Of a stretch of DNA of 64,000 nucleotides, positions 41,861 to 54,417 are shown piece by piece. Position 1 is the stretch's first letter. Each line of letters opens with the position of its first letter. The position numbers were made by a program, and so were the translations under genes. The notes below the pieces were generated by a model that was not told the DNA's origin, searched no databases, and worked only from the letters and a program-made list of their open reading frames with translations. This DNA is from Eledone cirrhosa (taxonomy: Eukaryota), in contig OZ024758.1 of assembly GCA_964016885.1 (NCBI GenBank), positions 868,001 through 932,000 of the forward strand, written 5' to 3'.

Positions 41861-44800
41861 ATGGCTATGCTAAGAGTAGGCTGTTTAAATGCGCGTGGCC
41901 TGGGCTCAACTTGGAAGCAAGCAATGCTTCTAAATGACCTCAGGTCACAACGTATAGATGTGATGGTTATTTGCGAGGCCCGGATCAGCAACGTGCGACA
42001 GCTGGCCCCCACCTTTGATGACTTTGAGATGCACGCATCTCTCTGTCAGCCTGGAGGTGGGGGTGGAGTTGTCGTTCTGCTGCAAAAACATCTGGGTCTC
42101 GCAACACAGATGGTACATTTGGACCCGGAGGGTCGACTAGTGGTTCTGGACCTTGGCAGTGGTAAAGGCGGAGCGTTTAGGTTGGTAGCCGCCTACGGCC
42201 CTTTCGGGTCAATGCGGCCGGACTTCTTCCATCGTCTGGAGACTTTTCTAGGGACGTCCCGCTCCTTGCTATTAGTGGGGGACTGGAATGGTATCCTAGA
42301 TGCACGTTGGGACTACGTAGGGGCCTGCCCCGATAGAGAGGGGTGTAATAGCCTCAAAGGGTTAATCGGTCGATTTGACCTGGCCGATAGATATCGACTA
42401 GATTTTCCGACTGCGCCAACCTGGACTTGGGCAAATCGTAGCGGATCATCTAGGTCGTACCTAGATAGGTTCTTAGTTAGAATTAAGGATAAGGACTTTT
42501 TAAGTTGTCCAAAAATGCGCATTGTTGGCTATTCAGACCACAAATTAGTGACCTGCATGGTCAACCTTGACAGAACTCATAGACAGGGCCCCGGTTACTG
42601 GAAGCTCAACTTGTCCTTGCCGGCAAGTAGAGCCTACAGGAATCGGATTAGTACGTTAGTTAAGGAACGGTTGACTGGAGCGATCGTCAACAGCAGGTGG
42701 TGGGTATCTCTAAAGAGAGAGATTAGAGTAGTCTCGATAGAATTTAGTAAGGTTCTAGCTGCGGATAGGAATAGGAAGGAAAGGGAGCTAATAGATAGAG
42801 TAGAAGAGGCAATTAGAAGCGGCGACGTGGCCAGAGTGCTAGCGTCGAGAACGGCTTTGAGCCAGTTTTTCGACGCGAAGCACGAAGGCTGCGTTGTCCG
42901 AAGTAAAATACGTGCTCTAGGGAACGAGGGGACCAAAGCTGTTAGCTGGGCCCGCGTGACAGAGGCCAACAGTGGAACTAAATCCACCATCCGGTCTTTG
43001 CGAGACCTGGATGGACGGGCGATTCTTGAGCCTAAGCAGATGTGTGAGGCCTTTCAAAGGCACTTTGCCCGACTGTTCGGGAGGGGCGGGGAGCCGGTTG
43101 GGAACGTGGACTTCGGTCCATACCTCGACGGCCTGCCGCGCCTCTCGGACAGGGAGGCGAAGTCCTGCGAGGAGCCGATTTCGGCCGCTGAGATAGAGGA
43201 CGTGCTGAGCCAATGCGGCAAACGCAAATCCCCGGGTCTCGATGGTCTTCCTTACGAATTATATCTAGCTATGCCGGACTTGTTCCCCGATCTCCTCGAG
43301 GCGGTCTACTGCAACTGGCAACAGAACGGGAGAATTCCCTGTACTGTGACCAAGGGCGTAGTCACGCTAGTGAGGAAGGACGAGAACAAGGGGGACGAAA
43401 TAAGTAACTTCAGGCCCATAACACTGCTAAATACAGAGTTACAGATTTTGGCCAAGGTGCTAGCAAAGAGGTTGGCGCTTGTCGTGGGCAACCTGGTGGG
43501 AGATGCGCAGACATGCGCTATCCCGTCCAGGTCCATCCATGACAACCTCCACCTCATGCGATACATCATAGAGAGGGTTGGGAACGAACCCGGCTTTGGT
43601 GGGGCTCTGATCAACTTGGATCAATCTAAGGCGTTCGATAGGGTCGACCATGGTTACCTGGATGCGGTGCTAGCGGCGGCAGGCTTCGGACCCGTTTTCA
43701 GGGGCTGGATCACTGCTATGCACAGCAGCCGCATCTGCTCTAGGGTCAAGGTGAACGGCTACCTCTCGGAGCCGTTCAAAATCGCGCGGTCCATCCGACA
43801 AGGGTGCCCTCTCTCCTCCCTTCTGTATGTATTGACTCTCGAGCCACTACTGCGGAAGTTGGAGTTGTTGCAGGGCATCCCTTTGGAACCGGGATTGCGG
43901 AAAGCGGTGTCGGCCTACGCCGATGACGTGACAGTAATGGTGTCGACGGCCTCCGAAATCGAGGCGGTCGGCACCTTACTGGAGGAGTACGAAAAGTTCA
44001 CAGGGGCTAAGCTGAACCGGGACAAGTCGATCGGTTTGCAACTCGGCACGTGGAGGGGCAGACCGATGCCCTCCGATAGCGTCGTCGGACGCTGGACGGA
44101 GGGCCCGGTGAAGTTGCTCGGGGTCTGGTTCGGACCGGACCTCCAGGTGGAGAAAAACTGGGCGGAGGTTACGAACAGAGTGTTTGCACTGACCCAGAAG
44201 TGGGCCAGTTGCAAACTATCCCTGAAAGGTCGGGCGGAGGTGGCGAACACCTACATAGCGTCCGTCATCTACTACCGCCTGACCGTAGTGCCCTGCCCAA
44301 GGGAAACCCTCACCAAGATGGAGCGCGCGCTCTTCCAATTCCTTTGGAAGAGGCGGGCTCCTATGGTGAGGAGATCCATCTGCTGTCAACACCCTTCGAA
44401 AGGAGGGCTGGGGATGCCGTGGCTAATGATGCGTAAACACGCATTAAGGCTACGGCACCTCTACGTATTCCTCACCGGACAACCGGTGTGGGCCTCGTTT
44501 GTGAGACGAACCTTTCCCAGACTCGTCTCACTCACCGAGCTGCAATCCTGGGTCAAGCAAAGACCGAGAAAACTGGGCGCCTGGCACACTGAGTGTGCCC
44601 AGGCGCTCACCGCCCTCTGGCAGGCGGATCCGGTTATCAGTGGAGACTCCACCGCAACATTCTATAGAGGGCTGGTACGCAGCAGGTGCGACGACGCCCT
44701 CGGAGAAGCCCTAGACATGGAGGAGGACGAACTGGCCAGCCTTTTCGGTAGGACATTCAGCCCGGGACCTATGGACAACTTCCAGAAGTCCCTGGCCTGG

Positions 44801-45298
44801 CAGTGCTACCGAGGGGCTTTACCCGTTCGAGAAAGGCTCTACAGACACGGGCGCCCGGGTAGGGACCCCGCCAAAAAGATCTGTCCCAGATGCGTGTGCG
44901 ACGAGGAAACCGTTGCACACGCATTAGTACACTGCTCGGGCGTAGCCGATCTGTGGGGCTATGTCGAACAACTGCTGTCAAGGGTGGGACCGATCCGGTT
45001 GACCACCGAGTCTATTGTAATGATCAAGCCGCCTCCCCCCTTCAAAGATGAAGCAGAGGCGGTGTTTCTGTGCGTAATAGCCATGGCGAAAGAGGTTGTA
45101 TGGTGGACGCGTCTGAAAGGACTGAGGTCGGGCACCTTTCTCTCTGGCCAACAACTGGTCCGTTTCTTCCGATATCATTTCGGAAGAAGGATCAGGATGG
45201 AGAGAGAGGTGCTGCACCCCAGCCGTTTCTATGAAAGATGGGTGAAAGTGGCGAGAATGGCCCGTGTGAATGGGCCTTCACTCTACATCAGACTATAG
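41861..45298 (+). CDS. ORF2p: apurinic-like endonuclease, reverse transcriptase and C-terminal zinc finger (frame open from 41837; first ATG at 41861)
   Basis: APE motifs LNARGL, ICEAR, VGDWNG, YLDRF, YSDH. RT motifs KSPGLDG, NFRPITLLN, DQSKAFDRV, RQGCPLS, YADD. GGLG motif and terminal CPRC-x8-H-x4-C; GPGYWKLN is typical of L1/Tx1. Confidence 0.97.
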   Translation: MAMLRVGCLNARGLGSTWKQAMLLNDLRSQRIDVMVICEARISNVRQLAPTFDDFEMHASLCQPGGGGGVVVLLQKHLGLATQMVHLDPEGRLVVLDLGSGKGGAFRLVAAYGPFGSMRPDFFHRLETFLGTSRSLLLVGDWNGILDARWDYVGACPDREGCNSLKGLIGRFDLADRYRLDFPTAPTWTWANRSGSSRSYLDRFLVRIKDKDFLSCPKMRIVGYSDHKLVTCMVNLDRTHRQGPGYWKLNLSLPASRAYRNRISTLVKERLTGAIVNSRWWVSLKREIRVVSIEFSKVLAADRNRKERELIDRVEEAIRSGDVARVLASRTALSQFFDAKHEGCVVRSKIRALGNEGTKAVSWARVTEANSGTKSTIRSLRDLDGRAILEPKQMCEAFQRHFARLFGRGGEPVGNVDFGPYLDGLPRLSDREAKSCEEPISAAEIEDVLSQCGKRKSPGLDGLPYELYLAMPDLFPDLLEAVYCNWQQNGRIPCTVTKGVVTLVRKDENKGDEISNFRPITLLNTELQILAKVLAKRLALVVGNLVGDAQTCAIPSRSIHDNLHLMRYIIERVGNEPGFGGALINLDQSKAFDRVDHGYLDAVLAAAGFGPVFRGWITAMHSSRICSRVKVNGYLSEPFKIARSIRQGCPLSSLLYVLTLEPLLRKLELLQGIPLEPGLRKAVSAYADDVTVMVSTASEIEAVGTLLEEYEKFTGAKLNRDKSIGLQLGTWRGRPMPSDSVVGRWTEGPVKLLGVWFGPDLQVEKNWAEVTNRVFALTQKWASCKLSLKGRAEVANTYIASVIYYRLTVVPCPRETLTKMERALFQFLWKRRAPMVRRSICCQHPSKGGLGMPWLMMRKHALRLRHLYVFLTGQPVWASFVRRTFPRLVSLTELQSWVKQRPRKLGAWHTECAQALTALWQADPVISGDSTATFYRGLVRSRCDDALGEALDMEEDELASLFGRTFSPGPMDNFQKSLAWQCYRGALPVRERLYRHGRPGRDPAKKICPRCVCDEETVAHALVHCSGVADLWGYVEQLLSRVGPIRLTTESIVMIKPPPPFKDEAEAVFLCVIAMAKEVVWWTRLKGLRSGTFLSGQQLVRFFRYHFGRRIRMEREVLHPSRFYERWVKVARMARVNGPSLYIRL

Positions 45299-45319
45299 GT
45301 GAGGAAGATGAAAGACCAA

Positions 45320-45355
45320 GGGAGCACCCCTTCTCTGTGCTCCTGAGGAGAAGGG
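45320..45355 (+). other. Candidate H-type RNA pseudoknot in the LINE 3' UTR
   Basis: GGAGCAC(45321-27)/GTGCTCC(45337-43) and CCCTTCTC(45328-35)/GAGAAGGG(45348-55) are perfect interleaved complements. Confidence 0.5.
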
Positions 45356-45549
45356 TTGCACACTTTTTTCGGGGGTGTGTGCGACCCCCCAAGGCGCCTC
45401 CTCTCTATTGAGGATTTTGTTAAAAATTTTATTTTTTGTTATATCTTATTTTATTTTTATATTTTGTTATTGCCTCCTCCTTATTGAGGACGCCTTTTTG
45501 TGTAAACTCCCCCCTTTGTACTTGTCCCACTTTTGATGCCCTAGTGGCA

Positions 45550-45555
45550 AATAAA
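45550..45555 (+). terminator. Polyadenylation signal AATAAA at the LINE 3' end
   Basis: AATAAA 7 nt before the 3' TSD; the equivalent signal is at 255-260 in the related element. Confidence 0.65.
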
Positions 45556-45562
45556 AGAAATA

Positions 45563-45582
45563 TATCTATATATCTATAGATC
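45563..45582 (+). repeat. 3' target-site duplication of the LINE
   Basis: Identical to 39810-39829. Confidence 0.85.
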
Positions 45583-45653
45583 AATCTATTTACCTGTCTG
45601 TCGGTCTCTCTCTATCTATCGACTATCTATCTACATATCTCTCTTTCTCTATG

Positions 45654-45782
<129 letters not shown>

Positions 45783-46501
45783 CAAGATGAATTCAGTTTG
45801 AAACTGGTTAGACCTCACGATACATGGGACAGTAGAGTATGATGATATGATAAAGTGTCGAGACGGCGACGGCTTAGCCTCGCCGTTCCAATAGCTAGTT
45901 CCAGAATCTGGAATATATATATGATGGGATGTCGAGGCAAAACTTACCGGAATTGATTTGTAGAAAGTCGTGAGAAATACAATATATATATTTTTTAATA
46001 AATATCTAATATATAAACCGAAAGAAATATGGATGAGAAAGATACAAAAGTAATACAAAGTAACACACGTGTGTATATGTATGCAACTGTTTCTGTATCT
46101 GTATGTGTATAAGAGCTATAAAAATATAACTTCGCAGACATATTGGATGGGATACAAATGGGAAAAGCTTTTTGAAAATTAAATGAAATAATTTCGTATT
46201 GGTCAGCCGATTAGGTTAACAACACTTGATTAAAATGATGATCCTCGAACTTGTCAACGAATTAAGATGGCGACCTTGTCTAAACACATGCCGTCTGCTC
46301 TGATTATTTTCCCTCACTCAACAACTTCTGCTCAAACACATCTTTAACTGGAACTGTCATAGCTCTCCATTTGATTTCTATTGACATTCATTGAATAACG
46401 TTTTCTTCAGATATTTATAATTTTTTTTCATAGTTTTTTTTTTATATTTGTATTATTTTTCATTTAAAATTTATTTGTATTATTTTATAAATATATATAT
46501 A

Positions 46502-46571
<70 letters not shown>

Positions 46572-46599
46572 TGTGCGTGTGTTTATATATATATATATA

Positions 46600-46631
<32 letters not shown>

Positions 46632-46687
46632 TTATACATATATATATATATACATACATACACACACATGCACACACACATATATAC

Positions 46688-46720
<33 letters not shown>

Positions 46721-46894
46721 TGTATGTATGTATGTATGTATGCATGTATGTATGTATGTATGTATTGTTCTGTATATTTTTTAATATTTCTGTTATTTAG
46801 TCTCTTCTCTACATTCTCCAATTATATCCGATTTCTGTCCTGCTTTGTAATTGGTAAACCCTTCACATAGCTTGCATATAAGAGGCATGGACAC

Positions 46895-47425
<531 letters not shown>

Positions 47426-47529
47426 CAGAAAATATACGCAGAGGGACAAAAGTTCTTTGTTTACATTTATATATGCGTGATGTCCTCTAACTTATTTCTT
47501 CTCCTTCCCCTCTCCCTCTCTCTCTCTGC

Positions 47530-47605
<76 letters not shown>

Positions 47606-47607
47606 TA

Positions 47608-47709
47608 GGAGGGGTCCTACTTGTTCCTATTACCCATTCTACTACCCTAAGTATTGCGTACCTTGGTGCGTTATGGTCCATCTGATTCCTTACCACATTT
47701 CCTTCGTTT

Positions 47710-47710
<1 letters not shown>
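47608..47710 (+). mobile_element. Partial copy of the hairpin-bearing TA-inserted repeat (see 1000-1203)
   Basis: GGGGTCCTAC.TGTTCCTATTACCCA.TCTACTACCCTAAGTATTG..GGTGCGTTATGGTCCA..TTCCTTACCACATTTCC, flanked by (TA)n on both sides. Confidence 0.8.
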
Positions 47711-47740
<30 letters not shown>

Positions 47741-48184
47741 GTTAGGTTTTTTTTACAAAATGAAAAATAACCGAGGTGTCCTACACGAGTGAAAGTATAA
47801 TGAAAAAAAGATGAAATCGAAAATGCAACTGGAGTCTTATTTTTAAAAGAATATATATATTTATTTGGTTCCTTTACCGGTTTCGCAGTTCTTCTGCTTT
47901 TCAAAAGTAGAGTTGAGATGGAGGGTCTGTGGTTTATCCAATCACTTATTTAAATCACTCTCCTGCACCTCCTTTGCTTGCAGTATGTTTCTCTATTTAC
48001 CATCTCATTCCTCGATTATATAACTCTCTCTCTCTCTCTGTATCATCTCACTTTCTAAAACACTCTATCACTATGTCTCTCTCTCCTTCTCTCCACTCAC
48101 CAGATCTACCTCTAATTCCCTACAAACGCATGTTTCTCCACTCTGTTTAACTTACTCACTCTCTCTCTCTTTCTATCTCTTTCT

Positions 48185-48221
<37 letters not shown>

Positions 48222-49856
48222 ACCCAGTCTCTCTTTCTCTCTCTCTCCTTATCTCTCTCACTCTCTCACTCACTCAATGACTCACTCAGTCTCTCCCTCT
48301 CTCTCACTCACTCACTCACTCACTAACTCTCTCCCTCTCTCTCTCCCTCTCTCTCTCCCTCTCTCTCTCTCTCCCTTTCCCTCCTTCTCTCCCTCTCTCT
48401 CTCCATCTCTCCCCCTCTCTCTCCATCTCTCTCTCCATCTCTCCCCCTCTCTCTATCCCCCCTCTCCCACCCCTCTCTCCTAGTATACATTCCCTTCCAT
48501 CATGGCACATTATCCTGCTATATTCAGTTTCTAACTCAGTTTTTCTCAATATAACATTCCATGTATTTCTTTCATTTTCCCTGTCAGTTGAGATCCCCCT
48601 TCTACGACTCACGTGCAATATTTCCCCCTCATTCTCTCAGATTTAATTTCAATTCATCCTTCAGCATCCTCATCACTCCCACTAAATATCACCCTACATT
48701 CTTTCTATTTCCTTACAAAGCTGTTCTCGTATCTTTCTATCATCGATAGAATCAAAGTTTTCTTCTAATAGCCATAAAATTCATGTACTAAAAGCTGTAA
48801 CAACAAAGCATTGAGGCAATAATGAAACTAGAAATAGAAACAACATCGTTCTAAAGTCAAGTTATAACGTTTCTAAATAGGAACGACACGTTGGTAATTG
48901 TAGTTCTAGGCATAGAAAAAGACGGGAAGTTCATTGTTAAGGTATTGTTCACAAAATAAATAATATGAAAATCTCATAGATTCGATATTATGTGAGGTAA
49001 TTATGTGAATTATGTGAATTACCGTGAAAATATAACAATAAATATAGTGTAATGTAAATGTTAATGGGCTAAATCCCACTCTACCAATTAAAAAAAAAAT
49101 GGTACATTTGACACTCTATTTCTTTATACACTATATTTAAAACAAACAAAACGGAGAGAATCACCATCAGCAGCAAGGACAAGACCATAAAAAGAAGTTT
49201 GTTTGGCCATTTAAATCAAACTCTACAAAGAAAAAAAAAAAAAAATTAAGGTACATTTAATATTCTTTTTCTTTATACAATATATTTGAAGCCAAAAATA
49301 AAATAGAGAGAATTGTTAAAAGTTTATTCAATCAGGGCTGTCCTGAGGCTAAACAACAACAAAATAACTCTAAAGGTTAACAACGGATAATCTACTTGTT
49401 CGTCTCCAAAAATACTAGCGAAACCAAAGCCTATTGCACGTAAAAACGAAAGATGAATTGGAAAATTTATAACTAGAGACAATATGTCTAACATAAATAT
49501 GGATTGTCAAGGCTTGCACACTGTCCATTAAAGGTTTCTTTCACATTATCTGCAGGAAAAGCATTTCTTAAACAAGCAACTCTGAAACTTCTAAATCAAC
49601 CAACTCTGAGAGCTTACAGATAATACAGATTCGACAATAATAAATATATATATGCTAACACTGTGTTAAAATTTTCTTAAAATTTGCAGCGCCTGGAGGA
49701 GATCTGTTAATCTGATGTTGATTATCAAATTGACATGTTCTATGACAGATCTTAAGTACATAGTGTGATGGCTCATTAAAAAATGATTAATAGGGTTGGG
49801 GAATTTTCCAGAATTTCAACGATTTTATTACGTCCAGTAATATTGCAAATGAATAC

Positions 49857-49955
49857 CTAATGCAGTAGATGTGTACAGGTCACTTGAGCTATCAGTTACG
49901 AAGTTAACAGAGAACGATGTGTAAGGTTTGACAGACGACAACATGCAGATGTTAA
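49857..49955 (-). CDS. Candidate internal coding exon (99 nt, phase 1-1; xNICMLSSVKPYTSFSVNFVTDSSSDLYTSTAL)
   Basis: Unique-complexity island, acceptor TTCATTTTTACCAAG, donor AG|GTATTC, open frame, length a multiple of 3. No homology evidence. Confidence 0.3.
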
Positions 49956-50742
49956 CTTGGTAAAAATGAATGTAGAAAGTTATGGATATATATATATACA
50001 TACATATATACATACATACATACATACATACATACATACATACATACATACATAATGTTTGATATAGAAATGGTTTCTACGGACTAGAACAGAATACGTT
50101 ACTTACTGTGGGAACCCGCAATTGAACCCGGGATACACACACACATACACATATTTCTAATTCTTCATTTTTTATACTTAATGCAACAACACAGCTCGCC
50201 ATTTTTTATTCATATATGCTTCCCCCTTCCCTGAGACCTGTCTTTTTTCTCTTCACTTGCAGCTATCCTCTTTCTCTATCCACCTTCTCTCTCTCCTCCC
50301 TCTTTACTTTCACTCACCCCCTCTGCTAGTCACCCTCTCTCGGCTAGCCTCTTCCTCGCACTTTCACTCACTCATTCGCTGCAACTCACCCTCTCTCTCA
50401 CTTCGTCCATCGTCCCACACTGTATGCAGTCTTTCTTCTCGCTCACACCCGTACGGTTAAGATGTGTCTTTGTTCTCCTCCTCAAATTTCGCCCGTTCTT
50501 ATGTTCGAAATGAATTATTGACTTGATTTTCTCATTTTTTCCTCTCTTTACGTTACTTCACCATTCGTGTCTGTTTACCTGTCCTTCTCTTTCTCCACCC
50601 AACTCTTTTTATCCCAATAACTTATTTTAGTTATTGTATCGCCCTAGGCGTAGGTATATTATCTGTAATGCGAAGAAATACCTATGATGCCGGGTAGACA
50701 ACTGATGATGGATATTCCTAACTTCTATTTCTAATTCTTCAT

Positions 50743-50777
<35 letters not shown>

Positions 50778-51131
50778 TTCATAAATGAACAAAACAAACA
50801 CAGGGATACAGAAATACAGAGTTGTATTAAGTTTATATATATATATATAGTGTGTGACAGATATGTGTGTGTGTCGTTCCCAGAAGTTAATAACTATTTC
50901 ATGATTTGAAAGACAGATTTGCCTACATTACCTCTTGCTCTAAACGCTGTGACAAGGATTTTATCCTGGAAGCTGGTTTCCTCCCCTTTGTTCGCTACCC
51001 TTCAAATTTCTCAGTTTATAGACATGCGCTTCCACCATTCTACTTGTATATAACATAATCAAAATTTTACTTCTTTGGTGACAGGATAACCGTCTATTAG
51101 TTATATCGTCTGAATGTAAAATGGCATGGTA

Positions 51132-51319
51132 CTAGAGTCGGCTGAAAGGTTCATAGTCTGACCAAGATACTCTCAAAATGAGGTTTATTTTTCAACAAAA
51201 TCCCTGGACAGAAACAAAAGAGTTATTAATAAGAAGAATTGAAATTAAATCATGTAAGATTCCACAGCTCTAACATCACTCCCTCATAGTTAGCCTATGA
51301 ACCTTTCAGCCAACTTTCG
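51132..51319. mobile_element. Complete Tc1/mariner-like MITE (~188 bp)
   Basis: TIRs CTAGAGTCGGCTGAAAGGTTCATAG / CTATGAACCTTTCAGCCAACTTTCG, flanked by TA at 51130-51131 and 51320-51321. Confidence 0.85.
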
Positions 51320-51666
51320 TAAATGTTGAAACCACATTGATGTCTGGTTTACTCAGGTAGGCCTAACATTGAGTTAATCAACCACAATACAAGTCAATGA
51401 GAAGAGATTTACGGAGACATTCGGCCCCTAGAAATAACAATGTTTGTCTCAAATCGTAGACTGTCGTCTTTATAGAGAAATATCACATTCGCTATTGTGT
51501 TATATATATATTATGCTCGTTCAGGGCTTGAATAATTATCTGTCTCTTTTCTTCTCATTTACTGATTTTCTTAGTATTTGTCGCTCCGCTTCTCTCTCAA
51601 GATCTTTTTTTCCGTCATTTTTTAAAGTTTGAATGCCATCTCAATATTTCTCATTTTCTTTTTATT

Positions 51667-51737
<71 letters not shown>

Positions 51738-53039
51738 TTCTCTCTCTCTATGATTTTTGTCTGTTTTTATCTCTCTTTCTTTTAAAAATTTCAATTCTAA
51801 ATTTCGCATTTTTATATTATGGTTCTCCCCCCTTTCAATTTTTGCCCCTCACCTCTCTGTATATCTTGACCATTTTCTTTCTCTTTCGTTCTCTCTTCCG
51901 CTATTCTCAGTCTATTTCTAACTCTCTTTTTCAAGTTCTCAATGGTGCCTCATATCTGTGTCAAATATGTCAAGTTGTCAAACTTGTCAAGCTAAGCTGC
52001 TCAATCAGCAATCTGCTACAATTCGGTGTTAGGGGAACTTGAATGAACCCATTAACACAGTCATCACCATAATGATTCAACTACGAAAACCATCGAAATT
52101 ATGGACAAAAGCTCGCCCGAAAAACTATCGTATATATGTAAGTATATACAGAAATTCGTATTACGAATGCATGTATGTACGCACACACACACACAAACAC
52201 TCGCACACACGCTCAAACACACACACACACACATATATATATATAAACGATATATATATATGGGCTTACATAAATATGTTTATTTGTATATGGATGAATA
52301 AGTGCATGAATGTGTAAATGCTTGTATGTATACAAGTATATATGTATATATATGCATGCATGTATATATGCAAGTATATGTGTATATATACATGCTTGCA
52401 TGTCCGTCTGAATGCGTACTGGCACACAGACAAATGTTGTTTTTGCATATATATTGTTGCGTACAGGTTTTAGTGTTGTTGATGTTTAAACTCGTGTATG
52501 GCTTATTTAAGTAGATTCGTAACTAAAGGCGTTCCAATTCTGACCACTCCATCGTTTTTATATTAGGGTCAATATTATATCGTTTTTTATTTAAGACAAT
52601 GAGATTGATTTGAGAGATGTTTGGAAGCAATTTATAGCAGAACGAGCGACCACAGCTGAATGATATTGCTAATGGTGACAACCAGGCAACTTTATGTTTA
52701 AAGTAGGGATATTAGTTAGAGATTCATTAGTAAAATAGTTGCTAAATGTACACATAGTGGTGCGTATAGCAGTAATATCTTCAGGGCTTAATGGGTCGAT
52801 GGTTAAATTAATAGCTTGATTATTTATTTCTGTTCACATTGAATCCTGTTTATTATTCTCCAGGTTTTCCAACACAACCATTGGATATTTCATATATAAA
52901 CAAGTAATTTCGTGAATAACAAAATATATTCTGTTATCAGTAAAAATAACATAAATAATATCCGGTAAGAATACATCTGCACATAAACATATCTGGATAT
53001 AATATGTGTGTGTGTATATATATATATGTGTGTGTGTGG

Positions 53040-53202
<163 letters not shown>

Positions 53203-53574
53203 TTGCGAGAGAGAGAGAGAGAGGGATTGCGAGAGAGAGAGAAAGAGAGAAATATATATTCTCTAATTGTCTACACATCAGTATATAAACACGAGTATTA
53301 TCAATACATTCTTGTAAACACTGCAGTAGAACGTGTTTTCAAGACACGTCTTTTTCTCTTTTCCTTTATTTTCTTCCTCTCTTATTGTCTCTCTATATAA
53401 GATATTCCATTTCTTTATATTATTACAATGTCTTATTACAAGCAACAAACTTCCAGTCTATATTTGGAAACATTCGTAATTTTTACTACTTTCTTTATTT
53501 TTCTCTCTGATTATTGTGTATATGCATGTATGTATAATACATATATACATACATACATACAAATATATATATAA

Positions 53575-53702
<128 letters not shown>

Positions 53703-53803
53703 TTATATATATATATATATACATATGGTCGGTATGTGTATATACACACACACACATATATATATGCATGTATGTATATATATTTATATACAGATATACA
53801 TAT

Positions 53804-53895
<92 letters not shown>

Positions 53896-54417
53896 ATGTG
53901 TGTTCTGTTTTCAGTTTCCATGTTATAGTTTCCTTTTTGTTCATATAACATAGAAAACATTGTTTTTCACCCCAGATTCAAGATATCTATTTGAAAACAA
54001 TCTTTAAACATGTAAATATCGTATATTGGATTATAACAGTCACATTATTTATCTATTGTTTTTCAAATATATACAAGACTAAGTTCATATATTTTGTTCA
54101 AGGACACAAAACAACGATCCTTTCCACAGTCTGGCATCTTGCTTGTAATAGCAGTCATATCTCACGCTAATCACACAATGCTAGCATAACAGAAAATATG
54201 TGATATTATGTAACATGACCCTCTATAAGTTACGTCTAGAAATTATTTTTCTCATTTCATGTAGATTATTTCCTATTATGATGTAGATCATCTTGGGGAT
54301 TTTAAGACTGGTGGAGCCCATCCCTCTCCAGGCCTGCGGATTTCTTCCAGAGAGAATGATAGAAAGTAAGATAGAGGAAATGAGGGAGAGATAGAGAGGT
54401 AGAATCCACCCCAGTAT

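Larger units (their letters stand above)
39830..45562 (+). mobile_element. Full-length, apparently intact L1/Tx1-clade non-LTR retrotransposon
   Basis: Two uninterrupted ORFs, ~225-bp 5' UTR, ~265-bp 3' UTR ending AATAAAAGAAATA, perfect 20-bp TSD, GC/CpG-rich ORF2 in AT-rich surroundings. Confidence 0.95.

Noticed and set aside
40106-45217. Short antisense and alternate-frame ORFs inside the LINE
   Set aside because: Expected shadows of GC-rich or low-complexity coding sequence; no motifs. An ORF0-like product cannot be excluded but is unsupported.
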